This document shows positions 39,188 to 47,625 of a DNA stretch of 64,000 nt, piece after piece (position 1 is the first letter of the stretch; the number at the start of each line of letters is the position of its first letter). The position numbers and the translations under genes are program-made. The notes beneath the pieces were generated by a model that ran no database searches, had not been told where the DNA came from, and saw only the letters and a list, made by a program, of their open reading frames with translations. Source of the stretch: an uncultured Alphaproteobacteria bacterium (GTDB lineage Bacteria > Pseudomonadota > Alphaproteobacteria > Methylaequorales > Methylaequoraceae); the NCBI GenBank assembly GCA_902524895.1, contig CABZFH010000001.1, forward strand, positions 186,876-250,875. Reading direction: 5' to 3'.

Positions 39188-40435
39188 ATGTATATTCATA
39201 AAGAATTAATTTCTATACTTTGTTTGATTTTATCTATTGGTGGAATAATTGTTTATAAATTCTTTAGAGACTTCCAACGACTTAATGCTGAACTTAAAAA
39301 ATGGAAAAAGAAACCATTATCTGCAAGAGACTATTTTTTTTTTCATCAATTTGAGCCTGTTGTATTTAATCTGAATTCACATTTAAAAAACTACAACAGT
39401 TCCATTAAAAAAAATAAACGACAGATTTTATTTTATGAAAAGTTTTTCGACTTATTTCCTGATCCTTTGTTTATTGTTGATGAAATCAATCAAATAGTAG
39501 AACTGAACCTTAGCGCAACCAAGCTTGTAGGAAGAGACGCCAAAACAAAAAATATTAATTCAGTTTTAAGGATTCCAAATTTAGGTGATTTAATAATGAA
39601 ATCAAACTTTGAAAAGAAGCCACAAATTTCAACACTAAAACTCGTTTATCCAGTTGAAACGATCTATACAGTTTGGGTTTCCGGAAGTAGTAAATTTATT
39701 AAAAATAAGCTAAATTTTATAAGACTTTATGACTGTACTTCAGAAAAAAAAGTCCAAGAATTACAAACAGAGTTTGTAGCTAACGTTAGTCATGAGTTAA
39801 AAACACCCGTATCAGCGATGGTTGGTTATTGTGAAACATTACTGGGAATTGGAAAAAAAGACGATAAGGTTAGAACAAAGTTTCTTAAAATTCTAAAGAA
39901 AGAGTCTTTGAGAATGAGTTCTCTTGTAAGTGATCTTCTATCCCTTACAAGAATTGAAAGAATAGAACACACAAAACCTGAAGGTATTGTAAATTTAAAT
40001 AAACTTTTAAATGAAATTCAAGATAGTTATTCATCGTCGTTTAAGAACAATAAAATTCTCAAATTAATTATGTCTTCAAAAGAAATAGAAACGATTGGCG
40101 ACTATAATGAATTAAAACAAGTTTTTATAAATATTATCGATAATGCAATTAAATATAGTGATTCAAAATCACCTATTGAATTAAAGGTAAAACCAAATCA
40201 AGAATTAATAAATATCTCAATAAAAGACTTTGGTAAAGGAATCAATGAAAGTGATATACCAATGCTTACTAATAGGTTTTATAGAGTAGATTCTACAAGA
40301 TCTAGAGATCTTGGAAGCACAGGATTAGGCCTATCAATTGTCAAACATATTTTAAACAGGCATCAAAGCGAATTAAGTATTAAATCAAAGATTAATGAAG
40401 GTTCAGAATTCTCCTTTAACCTCCCAATAAAATAA
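39188..40435 (+). CDS. phoR: Phosphate regulon sensor histidine kinase PhoR
   Basis: 415 aa. N-terminal TM, PAS-like region, HisKA H-box SHELKTP, HATPase_c (DNAIKY, GTGLGLSIVK). Lies in the pst/pho locus. Confidence 0.88.
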   Translation: MYIHKELISILCLILSIGGIIVYKFFRDFQRLNAELKKWKKKPLSARDYFFFHQFEPVVFNLNSHLKNYNSSIKKNKRQILFYEKFFDLFPDPLFIVDEINQIVELNLSATKLVGRDAKTKNINSVLRIPNLGDLIMKSNFEKKPQISTLKLVYPVETIYTVWVSGSSKFIKNKLNFIRLYDCTSEKKVQELQTEFVANVSHELKTPVSAMVGYCETLLGIGKKDDKVRTKFLKILKKESLRMSSLVSDLLSLTRIERIEHTKPEGIVNLNKLLNEIQDSYSSSFKNNKILKLIMSSKEIETIGDYNELKQVFINIIDNAIKYSDSKSPIELKVKPNQELINISIKDFGKGINESDIPMLTNRFYRVDSTRSRDLGSTGLGLSIVKHILNRHQSELSIKSKINEGSEFSFNLPIK

Positions 40436-40708
40436 AATTTTATTTATAAAATCAAACATTTTAAGAAATAAATAAAGCTGATGCACCAATGCCAACTAAC
40501 AGACCTTATTTAATTAAGTTGGTTAAGATCAAAAGATGTAGGAAGTAGCAGAAATTCGTTTATAAAGATTAAAGCACATACTAAGTCGACATAAAAAAAA
40601 GCTAGAAACTAAATCTAAGGCTAACGAAGTTTCAACTTTTTCAATTAAATCCCATTTTAATTAGTAAATTATTGTATTTTTACAACAAAAAATAGTCTAC
40701 ACAGCTTT

Positions 40709-40725
40709 TGTCATTAAATTGTAAT
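40709..40725 (+). promoter_or_regulatory. Candidate Pho box (PhoB site) upstream of porin gene
   Basis: TGTCAT at 40709-40714 and TGTAAT at 40720-40725, direct repeats exactly 11 bp apart, about 50 nt upstream of ATG 40775. A possible -10 (TAGACT) lies at 40736-40741. Confidence 0.5.
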
Positions 40726-40774
40726 AATCTTTTTTTAGACTGCTTTAATAATTTAATTTAACAAAGGAATTAAA

Positions 40775-42172
40775 ATGAACAAATTGTTAGTTACTGGAGC
40801 TGTGATGGCGGTTACAGGATTTAGTTCTCAAGCAGTGAGCACTGAAGCACAAATTGATGCTTTACAAAACGAAATATTAAAGATTAAACAGGATATGGCA
40901 TCCGATAAAAGTAAAGCTTATTTTAAAAAAGGCAAAGGCCTAAGTATTAAAAGTTCTGATGGAAAGTTTAGCTTTGAAATTAAAGGTAGGCTGATGTATG
41001 ACTTATCTGCTATTACTGCAGGTAATGACACGGTTGATAACCCGAGTAGAGCTGATAATATTGGAACTTTTGGTAATGAATTTAGAAGAGCTAGATTCAC
41101 TATAAAAGGTGAAGTTGGAGATGGATGGGGCTTCGCATTCCAACCTGATTTTGCTGAAACAGTTGCTGATAATGTTGGTGGCTCAGCAACCGGACCAAAG
41201 GGTGTTGATGTTAAGGACGCTTTAATTTATAAGAAAATTAAAGGCATTGGTAAGATCTCAATTGGAAACGTAAAGTCTGCAGGTGGTCTTTGGGAGAATA
41301 CAAGTTCAAATAGTATTCTTTTCATGGAAAGACCAATGTATAACGAAGCAGCTAACCTAGCACACAGAGCTGGAATTCATTACGATACAGCAGGTGCCTT
41401 TGGAAAGAAATTCCCTCTTCATTTAAAGGCAACACTTGGTGTTGGTGCTGAAGGAGCATGGAGGCAGGAGCAAGAAGACAGTGATACTATTGAAGATAAT
41501 TATGTAGCTTCTGTTGCCACTCATTATACTCATGTGGTGGGTAAGAAACACTATGTAATGATAGGTGGATCGTATACGTATGAAAATCATTCTGATCTTA
41601 GGACAAGGTCTGTAGAAGCCAGAGCTCAAGGGGTTCATACCTTAGGTGAGAAAATTCTAGACACAAACCTTTCTGATATCGAAAGTTATTCTTATGGGGG
41701 ACCACAATTTGCATATTCTAATGGTCCACTTTTTACGGCTGGAGAGTATTATTATGTCAATGCTTCTAGACTTCCAGACTCTGCTGATGATTTAAAAACT
41801 TATGATGATTATAACGCAAATGGTGCATCAATCTTTGCTCATTATTTTCTAACTGGTGGAGCGCACGTTGCGCTAAAACCTGCAAAAGGTTCAATAAGTG
41901 GTGTTAAGTGTAAGGCTGCAATGGGGTGCACTGCCGCTAAAGTAATGTTTGAATTTGCTAACTTTGCCTCTGATGAAGCATCAGAAAATGCAACTGACGC
42001 AAAGGTAATTCACATGGGTTTAAATCACTATTTTAACAGTAATGTAAGATTAATGATCGACGCAGCGAGAGGTCTTTATCAAGGTGGAACTGGAATGTCA
42101 ACAGATGCCAAGGGTACCAATGTCACACATAATATGACAAGTATTCAAACTAGACTTCATTTAAAATGGTAA
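40775..42172 (+). CDS. Phosphate-selective porin O/P family outer-membrane protein
   Basis: 465 aa. Signal peptide, N-terminal coiled-coil (QIDALQNEILKIKQDM), beta-barrel-like alternating pattern, C-terminal aromatic residue (LHLKW). Located between phoR and pstS. Confidence 0.75.
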   Translation: MNKLLVTGAVMAVTGFSSQAVSTEAQIDALQNEILKIKQDMASDKSKAYFKKGKGLSIKSSDGKFSFEIKGRLMYDLSAITAGNDTVDNPSRADNIGTFGNEFRRARFTIKGEVGDGWGFAFQPDFAETVADNVGGSATGPKGVDVKDALIYKKIKGIGKISIGNVKSAGGLWENTSSNSILFMERPMYNEAANLAHRAGIHYDTAGAFGKKFPLHLKATLGVGAEGAWRQEQEDSDTIEDNYVASVATHYTHVVGKKHYVMIGGSYTYENHSDLRTRSVEARAQGVHTLGEKILDTNLSDIESYSYGGPQFAYSNGPLFTAGEYYYVNASRLPDSADDLKTYDDYNANGASIFAHYFLTGGAHVALKPAKGSISGVKCKAAMGCTAAKVMFEFANFASDEASENATDAKVIHMGLNHYFNSNVRLMIDAARGLYQGGTGMSTDAKGTNVTHNMTSIQTRLHLKW

Positions 42173-42200
42173 TTTTTTAAGTTAACCACTCTAAGTAATA

Positions 42201-42238
42201 AAGAGCCTAAAAAATTGTTTCTTAGGCTCTTTTTTTTT
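42201..42238 (+). terminator. Rho-independent terminator after porin gene
   Basis: Perfect 9-bp stem AGAGCCTAA (42202-42210) / TTAGGCTCT (42222-42230), 11-nt loop, followed by T8 (42231-42238). Confidence 0.8.
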
Positions 42239-42301
42239 ATGTTGCAATGATTAGCAAATATTATTTAGATTAGTTAAATACAAAAATTTAATAAAAAGCT
42301 T

Positions 42302-43192
42302 ATGAAAATTCTAATTAATGGAATCGGAAGAATAGGGAAACTTATTGCAAGAGAGCTTTTGGAAAAAGATTCAAATTTAAAATTAGTTTTTATTAATGAT
42401 ATTAACGGAGATGCAGAAACTCAGGCCCATTTGTTGGAATTCGATTCTATTCACGGTCAATGGGATAAAAAAATTAAATTCAATAAAAATAAAATAAAAA
42501 TTGGTTCAAACACTTTATTTTGTTACTCCGAAAATGAATTAAGGGGGTTACCAATCAGGGAGTTTAATATTGATATTGCAATTGATTGTACGGGTAAAAA
42601 CAAAACTACAGATCAGTTAAATCACTACTTCAATCAAGGCGTAAAAAAAGTTTTAGTTTCAGCTCCAATAAGCGAAAAATCACAATCGATTGTTAATTTA
42701 GTTTATGGGGTTAATCATCATATTTATAATCCAAATATTCATAATATAATTACAGCTGCAAGCTGCACTACTAATAGTATTGCTCCTATAATTTTAGTTT
42801 TGAAAAAAGAGTTTGGGATTGAAAGTTGTTGTGTAACTACTATCCATGATGTAACTAATACACAAGTTATAGCAGACATCCCTAAAAAAGATCTAAGAAG
42901 ATCAAGATCCTCTATTAATAATTTAATTCCTACAACGACTGGGTCAGCCAAGGCAATCACATTGATATACCCTGAATTAGAGGGAAAAATAGATGAAGTT
43001 AATAAAATGTTCGAGAAGTACTCCCAAAAAATTTTAAAAGGAATATTAAGTATTGAAAAAAGACCTTTAGTAAGTTCGGATTTTTTAAACAATCCTAACT
43101 CCGTTATTATTGATACCTTATCAACAATGGTTGTTAATAAAAAATTACTAAAAGTTTTTGGTTGGTATGATAATGAATATGCTATGCGCTAA
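42302..43192 (+). CDS. gap: Glyceraldehyde-3-phosphate dehydrogenase-like protein (ArsJ-associated type); appears internally deleted and 3'-frameshifted, possibly a pseudogene
   Basis: NGIGRIGK Rossmann motif, ASCTTNS catalytic Cys, TTIHDVTNTQ, WYDNEY. It lacks about 27 residues (the ...RVPT... strand) between GKI and EVNKMF. The conserved C-terminal helix YALRIIDILKLISKKI* is encoded in the -1 frame at 43183-43233. Confidence 0.7.
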   Translation: MKILINGIGRIGKLIARELLEKDSNLKLVFINDINGDAETQAHLLEFDSIHGQWDKKIKFNKNKIKIGSNTLFCYSENELRGLPIREFNIDIAIDCTGKNKTTDQLNHYFNQGVKKVLVSAPISEKSQSIVNLVYGVNHHIYNPNIHNIITAASCTTNSIAPIILVLKKEFGIESCCVTTIHDVTNTQVIADIPKKDLRRSRSSINNLIPTTTGSAKAITLIYPELEGKIDEVNKMFEKYSQKILKGILSIEKRPLVSSDFLNNPNSVIIDTLSTMVVNKKLLKVFGWYDNEYAMR

Positions 43193-43234
43193 GGATAATA
43201 GACATTTTAAAGTTAATATCAAAAAAAATATAAA

Positions 43235-44479
43235 GTGTTTCTCAATAATATTAGTCAACAAAATCTTTCTTATATTTCCGTTACGATGTCATATTGGCTT
43301 TTTATGCTCACTGATGGGGCTCTAAGAATTATTATTCTTTTCAATTTTCACTTACTGGGTTTTTCGCCATTAGATCTTGCTTATTTATTTTTCGTTTATG
43401 AATTAATGGGTATTTTAACTAATTTACTTGCAGGGTGGATAGCGGCTCGATTTGGTTTAAATATTACGCTTTATGGGGGGTTGATCATACAAATTTGTGC
43501 TTTGAGTCTTCTATTAAATTTAAATAACTTTGATTATACTTCTTCAAAATTAATATTTACAATTTTTGTATATGGCCTTTCGGGTATCGCTAAGGATTTG
43601 GTAAAAATGAGTGCAAAGTCATCAGTTAAATTAATTGTCAATGAAAATCAGCAATCAAAACTTTTTAAATGGGTTTCTACTCTTACTGGCTCAAAAAACG
43701 CAGTTAAAGGATTAGGTTTTTTCCTAGGTGGGGCCTTGATGAGTTTTTTTAATTTTAAAATATCAATAATTATTATGACATTATGTTTAATTATTTTGAT
43801 TTTATTTTTAATGTTATCAAAACCGATAATTCAAAATAAAAAAATTAGAAGTAAACAAATTAAACTTTTTTCAAAATCTAAAAAAATTAACTATCTTTCT
43901 TTTTCTAGAATATTTTTGTTTGGTGCGAGAGATATTTGGTTTGTTGTTAGTCTCCCAATTTTTCTTTATGAAACTTTAAGAAATTTTGACATTACTGATT
44001 CAAAAGCATTCTTTCTTGATGGAGGCTTTCTAGCACTTTGGGTAATATTTTATGGTATTACTCAAGCTTTTACACCAAAAATTATAAACATATCAACAAA
44101 TAATGTTGCAACTCTAATTAAAAGGTCAAAAATATGGTTTCTACATCTTTTGTTTTGCTCAGCAGTAATATCAATAATCAGCTTTTTGTTGAATGATAGT
44201 AACTATTATGTATATTTTTTAATTTTTGGACTTTTTTTATTTGGTATATTATTTGCTGTTAATTCATCGTTACATTCTTTTTTCATACTTGCATTTTCGA
44301 ACAAAATCAATGTTACACTTGACGTAGGTTTTTACTACATGTCAAATGCAACCGGAAGGTTTGTTGGAACATTACTATCAGAGCTAACCTACCAATATTT
44401 TGGTATAGTTGGGGCATTATTTTGCTCAACGATATTCATACCAATAGGGTTACTTTATTTCCTAAAACTAGAAAACTAA
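43235..44479 (+). CDS. arsJ: MFS-type permease resembling organoarsenical (1-arseno-3-phosphoglycerate) efflux permease ArsJ
   Basis: 414 aa, about 11-12 TM helices. N-terminus YWLFMLTDGALRIIILFNFHLLGFSPLDLAYLFFVYELMGILTNLLAGW matches my recollection of the ArsJ family. Sits directly downstream of a GAPDH-like gene, the hallmark ArsJ context. Confidence 0.6.
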   Translation: MFLNNISQQNLSYISVTMSYWLFMLTDGALRIIILFNFHLLGFSPLDLAYLFFVYELMGILTNLLAGWIAARFGLNITLYGGLIIQICALSLLLNLNNFDYTSSKLIFTIFVYGLSGIAKDLVKMSAKSSVKLIVNENQQSKLFKWVSTLTGSKNAVKGLGFFLGGALMSFFNFKISIIIMTLCLIILILFLMLSKPIIQNKKIRSKQIKLFSKSKKINYLSFSRIFLFGARDIWFVVSLPIFLYETLRNFDITDSKAFFLDGGFLALWVIFYGITQAFTPKIINISTNNVATLIKRSKIWFLHLLFCSAVISIISFLLNDSNYYVYFLIFGLFLFGILFAVNSSLHSFFILAFSNKINVTLDVGFYYMSNATGRFVGTLLSELTYQYFGIVGALFCSTIFIPIGLLYFLKLEN

Positions 44480-45024
44480 ATTTTACCATCTAGACCCATT
44501 TGAAAGTATTTATGAATAATTTTGTCTTGGTTTTCGAGTAACCAGTCAATATTTGGTTCATCGTTCATAGCCTTTTGAATTGACTGAGCAGTTGCTTTTC
44601 TATGAATATCAAACAAAATCTTATGATCTAAATTATCATCAGTTGCCACGGAAGGATTTAACCAAACCGAAACAATAATTCCTAGTTCATTAGCCTTTTC
44701 CTTTGGAATATCTCCTGCTCTAACAGAATCAAGAACACCATTAGCAATCGCTGCCTGGACTGTTCCCATCAAAATATTTGTATATCTTTCTTTATTAACA
44801 GTAACTTTACTCACCATTAATGTAGCGGGTCTAACCATAACATCGGTATTCATTATCGCTAAAACCTTTGAATGTCCTTTAGTCTGATTTCCCATTAAAT
44901 TAGCAAATGCGGTACCAAATGGACCATTCATCTCTCCAATAACAACTTCTGGCTCAGCTGCAGTTCCGGGAGGTCCACCAGCTACTAATGATTCTCCAAC
45001 TCTCATAATAAATTTATTTGTCAT
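44476..45024 (-). CDS. fae: Formaldehyde-activating enzyme (Fae) family protein
   Basis: 182 aa. Collinear with methylotroph Fae as I recall it (RVGESLV.G...VVIGE..GP.GTAFANL, ATLMVSKVTVN, GDIPKEKANELGIIVSVW). Confidence 0.65.
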   Translation of the reverse strand: MTNKFIMRVGESLVAGGPPGTAAEPEVVIGEMNGPFGTAFANLMGNQTKGHSKVLAIMNTDVMVRPATLMVSKVTVNKERYTNILMGTVQAAIANGVLDSVRAGDIPKEKANELGIIVSVWLNPSVATDDNLDHKILFDIHRKATAQSIQKAMNDEPNIDWLLENQDKIIHKYFQMGLDGKI

Positions 45025-45098
45025 TTTGTCTCCTTAAATTATTTATTACTTGTAATCTAAAAAATTACATATTTCAAAATTAATTTAAGATTATCTAA

Positions 45099-45126
45099 TG
45101 TCATAAAACTGTAACATAAGTGTCAT
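45099..45126 (+). promoter_or_regulatory. Pho box array (three 11-bp-phased PhoB half-sites) upstream of pstS
   Basis: TGTCATAAAAC TGTAACATAAG TGTCAT, with hexamers at 45099, 45110 and 45121. Nearly identical to the E. coli pstS box CTGTCATAAAACTGTCATATT. Ends about 63 nt upstream of ATG 45189. Confidence 0.75.
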
Positions 45127-45188
45127 ATTTATTTATTTAATTTGATTTATTTTTTAATCTTTAATAACTTTAACAATAAGAGAAAAAA

Positions 45189-46238
45189 ATGAGAAAAACC
45201 TATTTTATTGCCACACTTCTGGCTTTTGGATTTTCTAGTGCAGCATTTGCACGAGATCAGATAAAAATTGTTGGATCATCAACATTTTACCCTTTTGCAA
45301 CGGTAGTTGCTGAGAGGTTTGGAAAAACAAGTGGATTCAAAACACCAGTAATAGAGTCAACTGGATCTGGTGGGGGATTAAAGCTTTTTTGCAAAGGCCT
45401 AGGCACAGAGCACCCAGATATTACAAATGCTTCTAGAAGAATCAAAGGTAAAGAAGTAAAAAAGTGCGCAGAAAATGGCGTTACTGATATCACTGAAATC
45501 AAGGTAGGATTCGACGGAATTGCTATGGCTAACGCTAAAAGTGGTCCAGTTCTTGAGTTAACGCTTAAAGATGTATACCTCGCTTTAGCAAAAGATGTTC
45601 CAGTTGATCCTAACGGTGATACAGTTAAGCCAAATCCATATAAAATGTGGAATGAAGTGAACCCGGCATTACCTGCAGCTCCTATAATAGTAATAGGCCC
45701 TCCTCCAACATCTGGTACAAGAGATGCCTTCAATGAATTAGCAATTGAAAGAGGCTGTAAAACATTTCCTGGAAGAAAAGCTTTAAAAAAGAAGGATAAG
45801 AGACTCTATAAGTCACAGTGCCGATCCGTAAGAGAAGACGGTCCTTATGTTGAAGCGGGCGAAAATGACAATCTAATAATTGAAAAACTAGTTGCCGATC
45901 CAGGTGCGCTAGGCGTTTTCGGTTATTCTTTCCTAGATCAAAATAGAGATAAAGTAAAGGCTGCAAAAGTTGACGGTGTCTTTCCAGAGTTTGAGGCAAT
46001 ATCCTCAGGAAAGTATCCTGTTTCTAGATCACTTTTCTTTTATGTGAAAAATGCTCATGCTGGAGTAATACCGGGCATGAAAGAGTACGTGAAAGAATTT
46101 ACCGCATCAAAGGCTATAGGAAGTGACGGATATCTAGTCGATAAAGGCTTAATTCCATTGGCTGAAAATGAAAGGGCACAATTTGAAGAAGATGGAACGA
46201 AGCTTACTAAATTTGATGGTAAAGTTTTAAATAAATAG
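45189..46238 (+). CDS. pstS: Phosphate ABC transporter substrate-binding protein PstS
   Basis: 349 aa. Signal peptide, GSSTFYPF, ESTGSGGG, SGTRD phosphate-binding motifs. Confidence 0.93.
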   Translation: MRKTYFIATLLAFGFSSAAFARDQIKIVGSSTFYPFATVVAERFGKTSGFKTPVIESTGSGGGLKLFCKGLGTEHPDITNASRRIKGKEVKKCAENGVTDITEIKVGFDGIAMANAKSGPVLELTLKDVYLALAKDVPVDPNGDTVKPNPYKMWNEVNPALPAAPIIVIGPPPTSGTRDAFNELAIERGCKTFPGRKALKKKDKRLYKSQCRSVREDGPYVEAGENDNLIIEKLVADPGALGVFGYSFLDQNRDKVKAAKVDGVFPEFEAISSGKYPVSRSLFFYVKNAHAGVIPGMKEYVKEFTASKAIGSDGYLVDKGLIPLAENERAQFEEDGTKLTKFDGKVLNK

Positions 46239-46245
46239 ATAATTA

Positions 46246-47625
46246 ATGGGTTTTTGGTCTTTTAGTGTTTTCATATTAATAATTGCAATTTCTGCATATT
46301 GGTATGGAAACACTAAGGCCTTGCGCCTAAATTCTAATTCTATTGAAAAACTTCCTTCACTACCTAAATACTATGGAAATTATGCTCTAATATGGCTTAT
46401 ATTTCCCTGTCTTTTAGGTGTCTTTTTATGGATAACTCTCAATACCTATATATTAGATACTATTTTAATTAATCATCTACCTAAGGAACTTGAAAATTCT
46501 TTTGCAGGAGGGATAAACATGTTGGTAGATAGAGTAAAAACAATAAATATTGATAACCCCTTTCCTGGAACAAACCCTGAGTTAATTGACGCAGCTATTT
46601 TTCTCGAAAATAAAAGTAATGAGGTGCGGGCTTATTTTCTATGGGGAATAATATCTATAAGTGTATTGCTTTGTTTTGTATCGTTAAAAAAAATATCTTT
46701 TAAATTTAAGGCAAGACAAGCTGTTGAAAAGTCAAATGTCACATTATTAATTTTATGTTCTATCGTTGCAATAATAACGACCGTTGGAATAGTTTTTTCA
46801 TTAATTTTTGAAGCAATGAGGTTTTTTGACCAAGTATCAATCTTTGATTTTTTATTTGGACTATCTTGGAGCCCTCAAATGGCAATTAGAGAAGATCAAG
46901 TTGCAAGTCAAGGATCATTCGGAGCTATACCACTCTTCACAGGAACTTTGTTAATAACCTTGATAGCAATGTTGGTAGCAATACCTGTTGGACTTGCCTC
47001 CGCTATTTATTTAGCTGAATATTCATCCTCAACCACAAGGTCTATAATAAAGCCCTTATTAGAAATATTAGCTGGGGTTCCAACAGTTGTGTATGGGTTT
47101 TTCGCTGCTATTACGGTTGGACCTTTCTTTCGAGAGTTTGCTGATTTTTTTGGTTTCAATATAGCTTCTGAGAGTGCAATTGCTGCTGGTGGGGTGATGG
47201 GAATAATGATCATCCCATTTATTTCTTCACTCTCAGATGATGTGATCTCAGCCGTTCCTCAATCCCTAAGAGATGGATCTTACGCAATGGGTGCTACTCA
47301 TTCTGAAACAATTAAACGTGTGGTTTTACCCGCAGCCTTGCCTGGTATTGTGGGGGCGATTCTTCTTGCAGTATCAAGGGCTATTGGCGAAACAATGATT
47401 GTTGTTATGGCTGCAGGAATTGCTGCAAATTTAACTTCTAATCCCTTTGAAGCTGTAACAACTGTAACTGTCCAAATAGTAACATTATTAGTTGGTGATC
47501 AAGAATTTGACAGTGCCAAAACACTTGCTGCATTTGCTTTGGGAATTACCCTATTTTGTATGACATTATTCTTAAACCTTTATGCATTAAAAATCGTTCA
47601 AAGGTATCGTGAGAGATATGAATAA
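46246..47625 (+). CDS. pstC: Phosphate ABC transporter permease PstC (long form)
   Basis: 459 aa. EAA-loop region (AMGATHSETIKRVVLPAALPGI). N-terminal extension relative to the E. coli protein. Confidence 0.92.
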   Translation: MGFWSFSVFILIIAISAYWYGNTKALRLNSNSIEKLPSLPKYYGNYALIWLIFPCLLGVFLWITLNTYILDTILINHLPKELENSFAGGINMLVDRVKTINIDNPFPGTNPELIDAAIFLENKSNEVRAYFLWGIISISVLLCFVSLKKISFKFKARQAVEKSNVTLLILCSIVAIITTVGIVFSLIFEAMRFFDQVSIFDFLFGLSWSPQMAIREDQVASQGSFGAIPLFTGTLLITLIAMLVAIPVGLASAIYLAEYSSSTTRSIIKPLLEILAGVPTVVYGFFAAITVGPFFREFADFFGFNIASESAIAAGGVMGIMIIPFISSLSDDVISAVPQSLRDGSYAMGATHSETIKRVVLPAALPGIVGAILLAVSRAIGETMIVVMAAGIAANLTSNPFEAVTTVTVQIVTLLVGDQEFDSAKTLAAFALGITLFCMTLFLNLYALKIVQRYRERYE

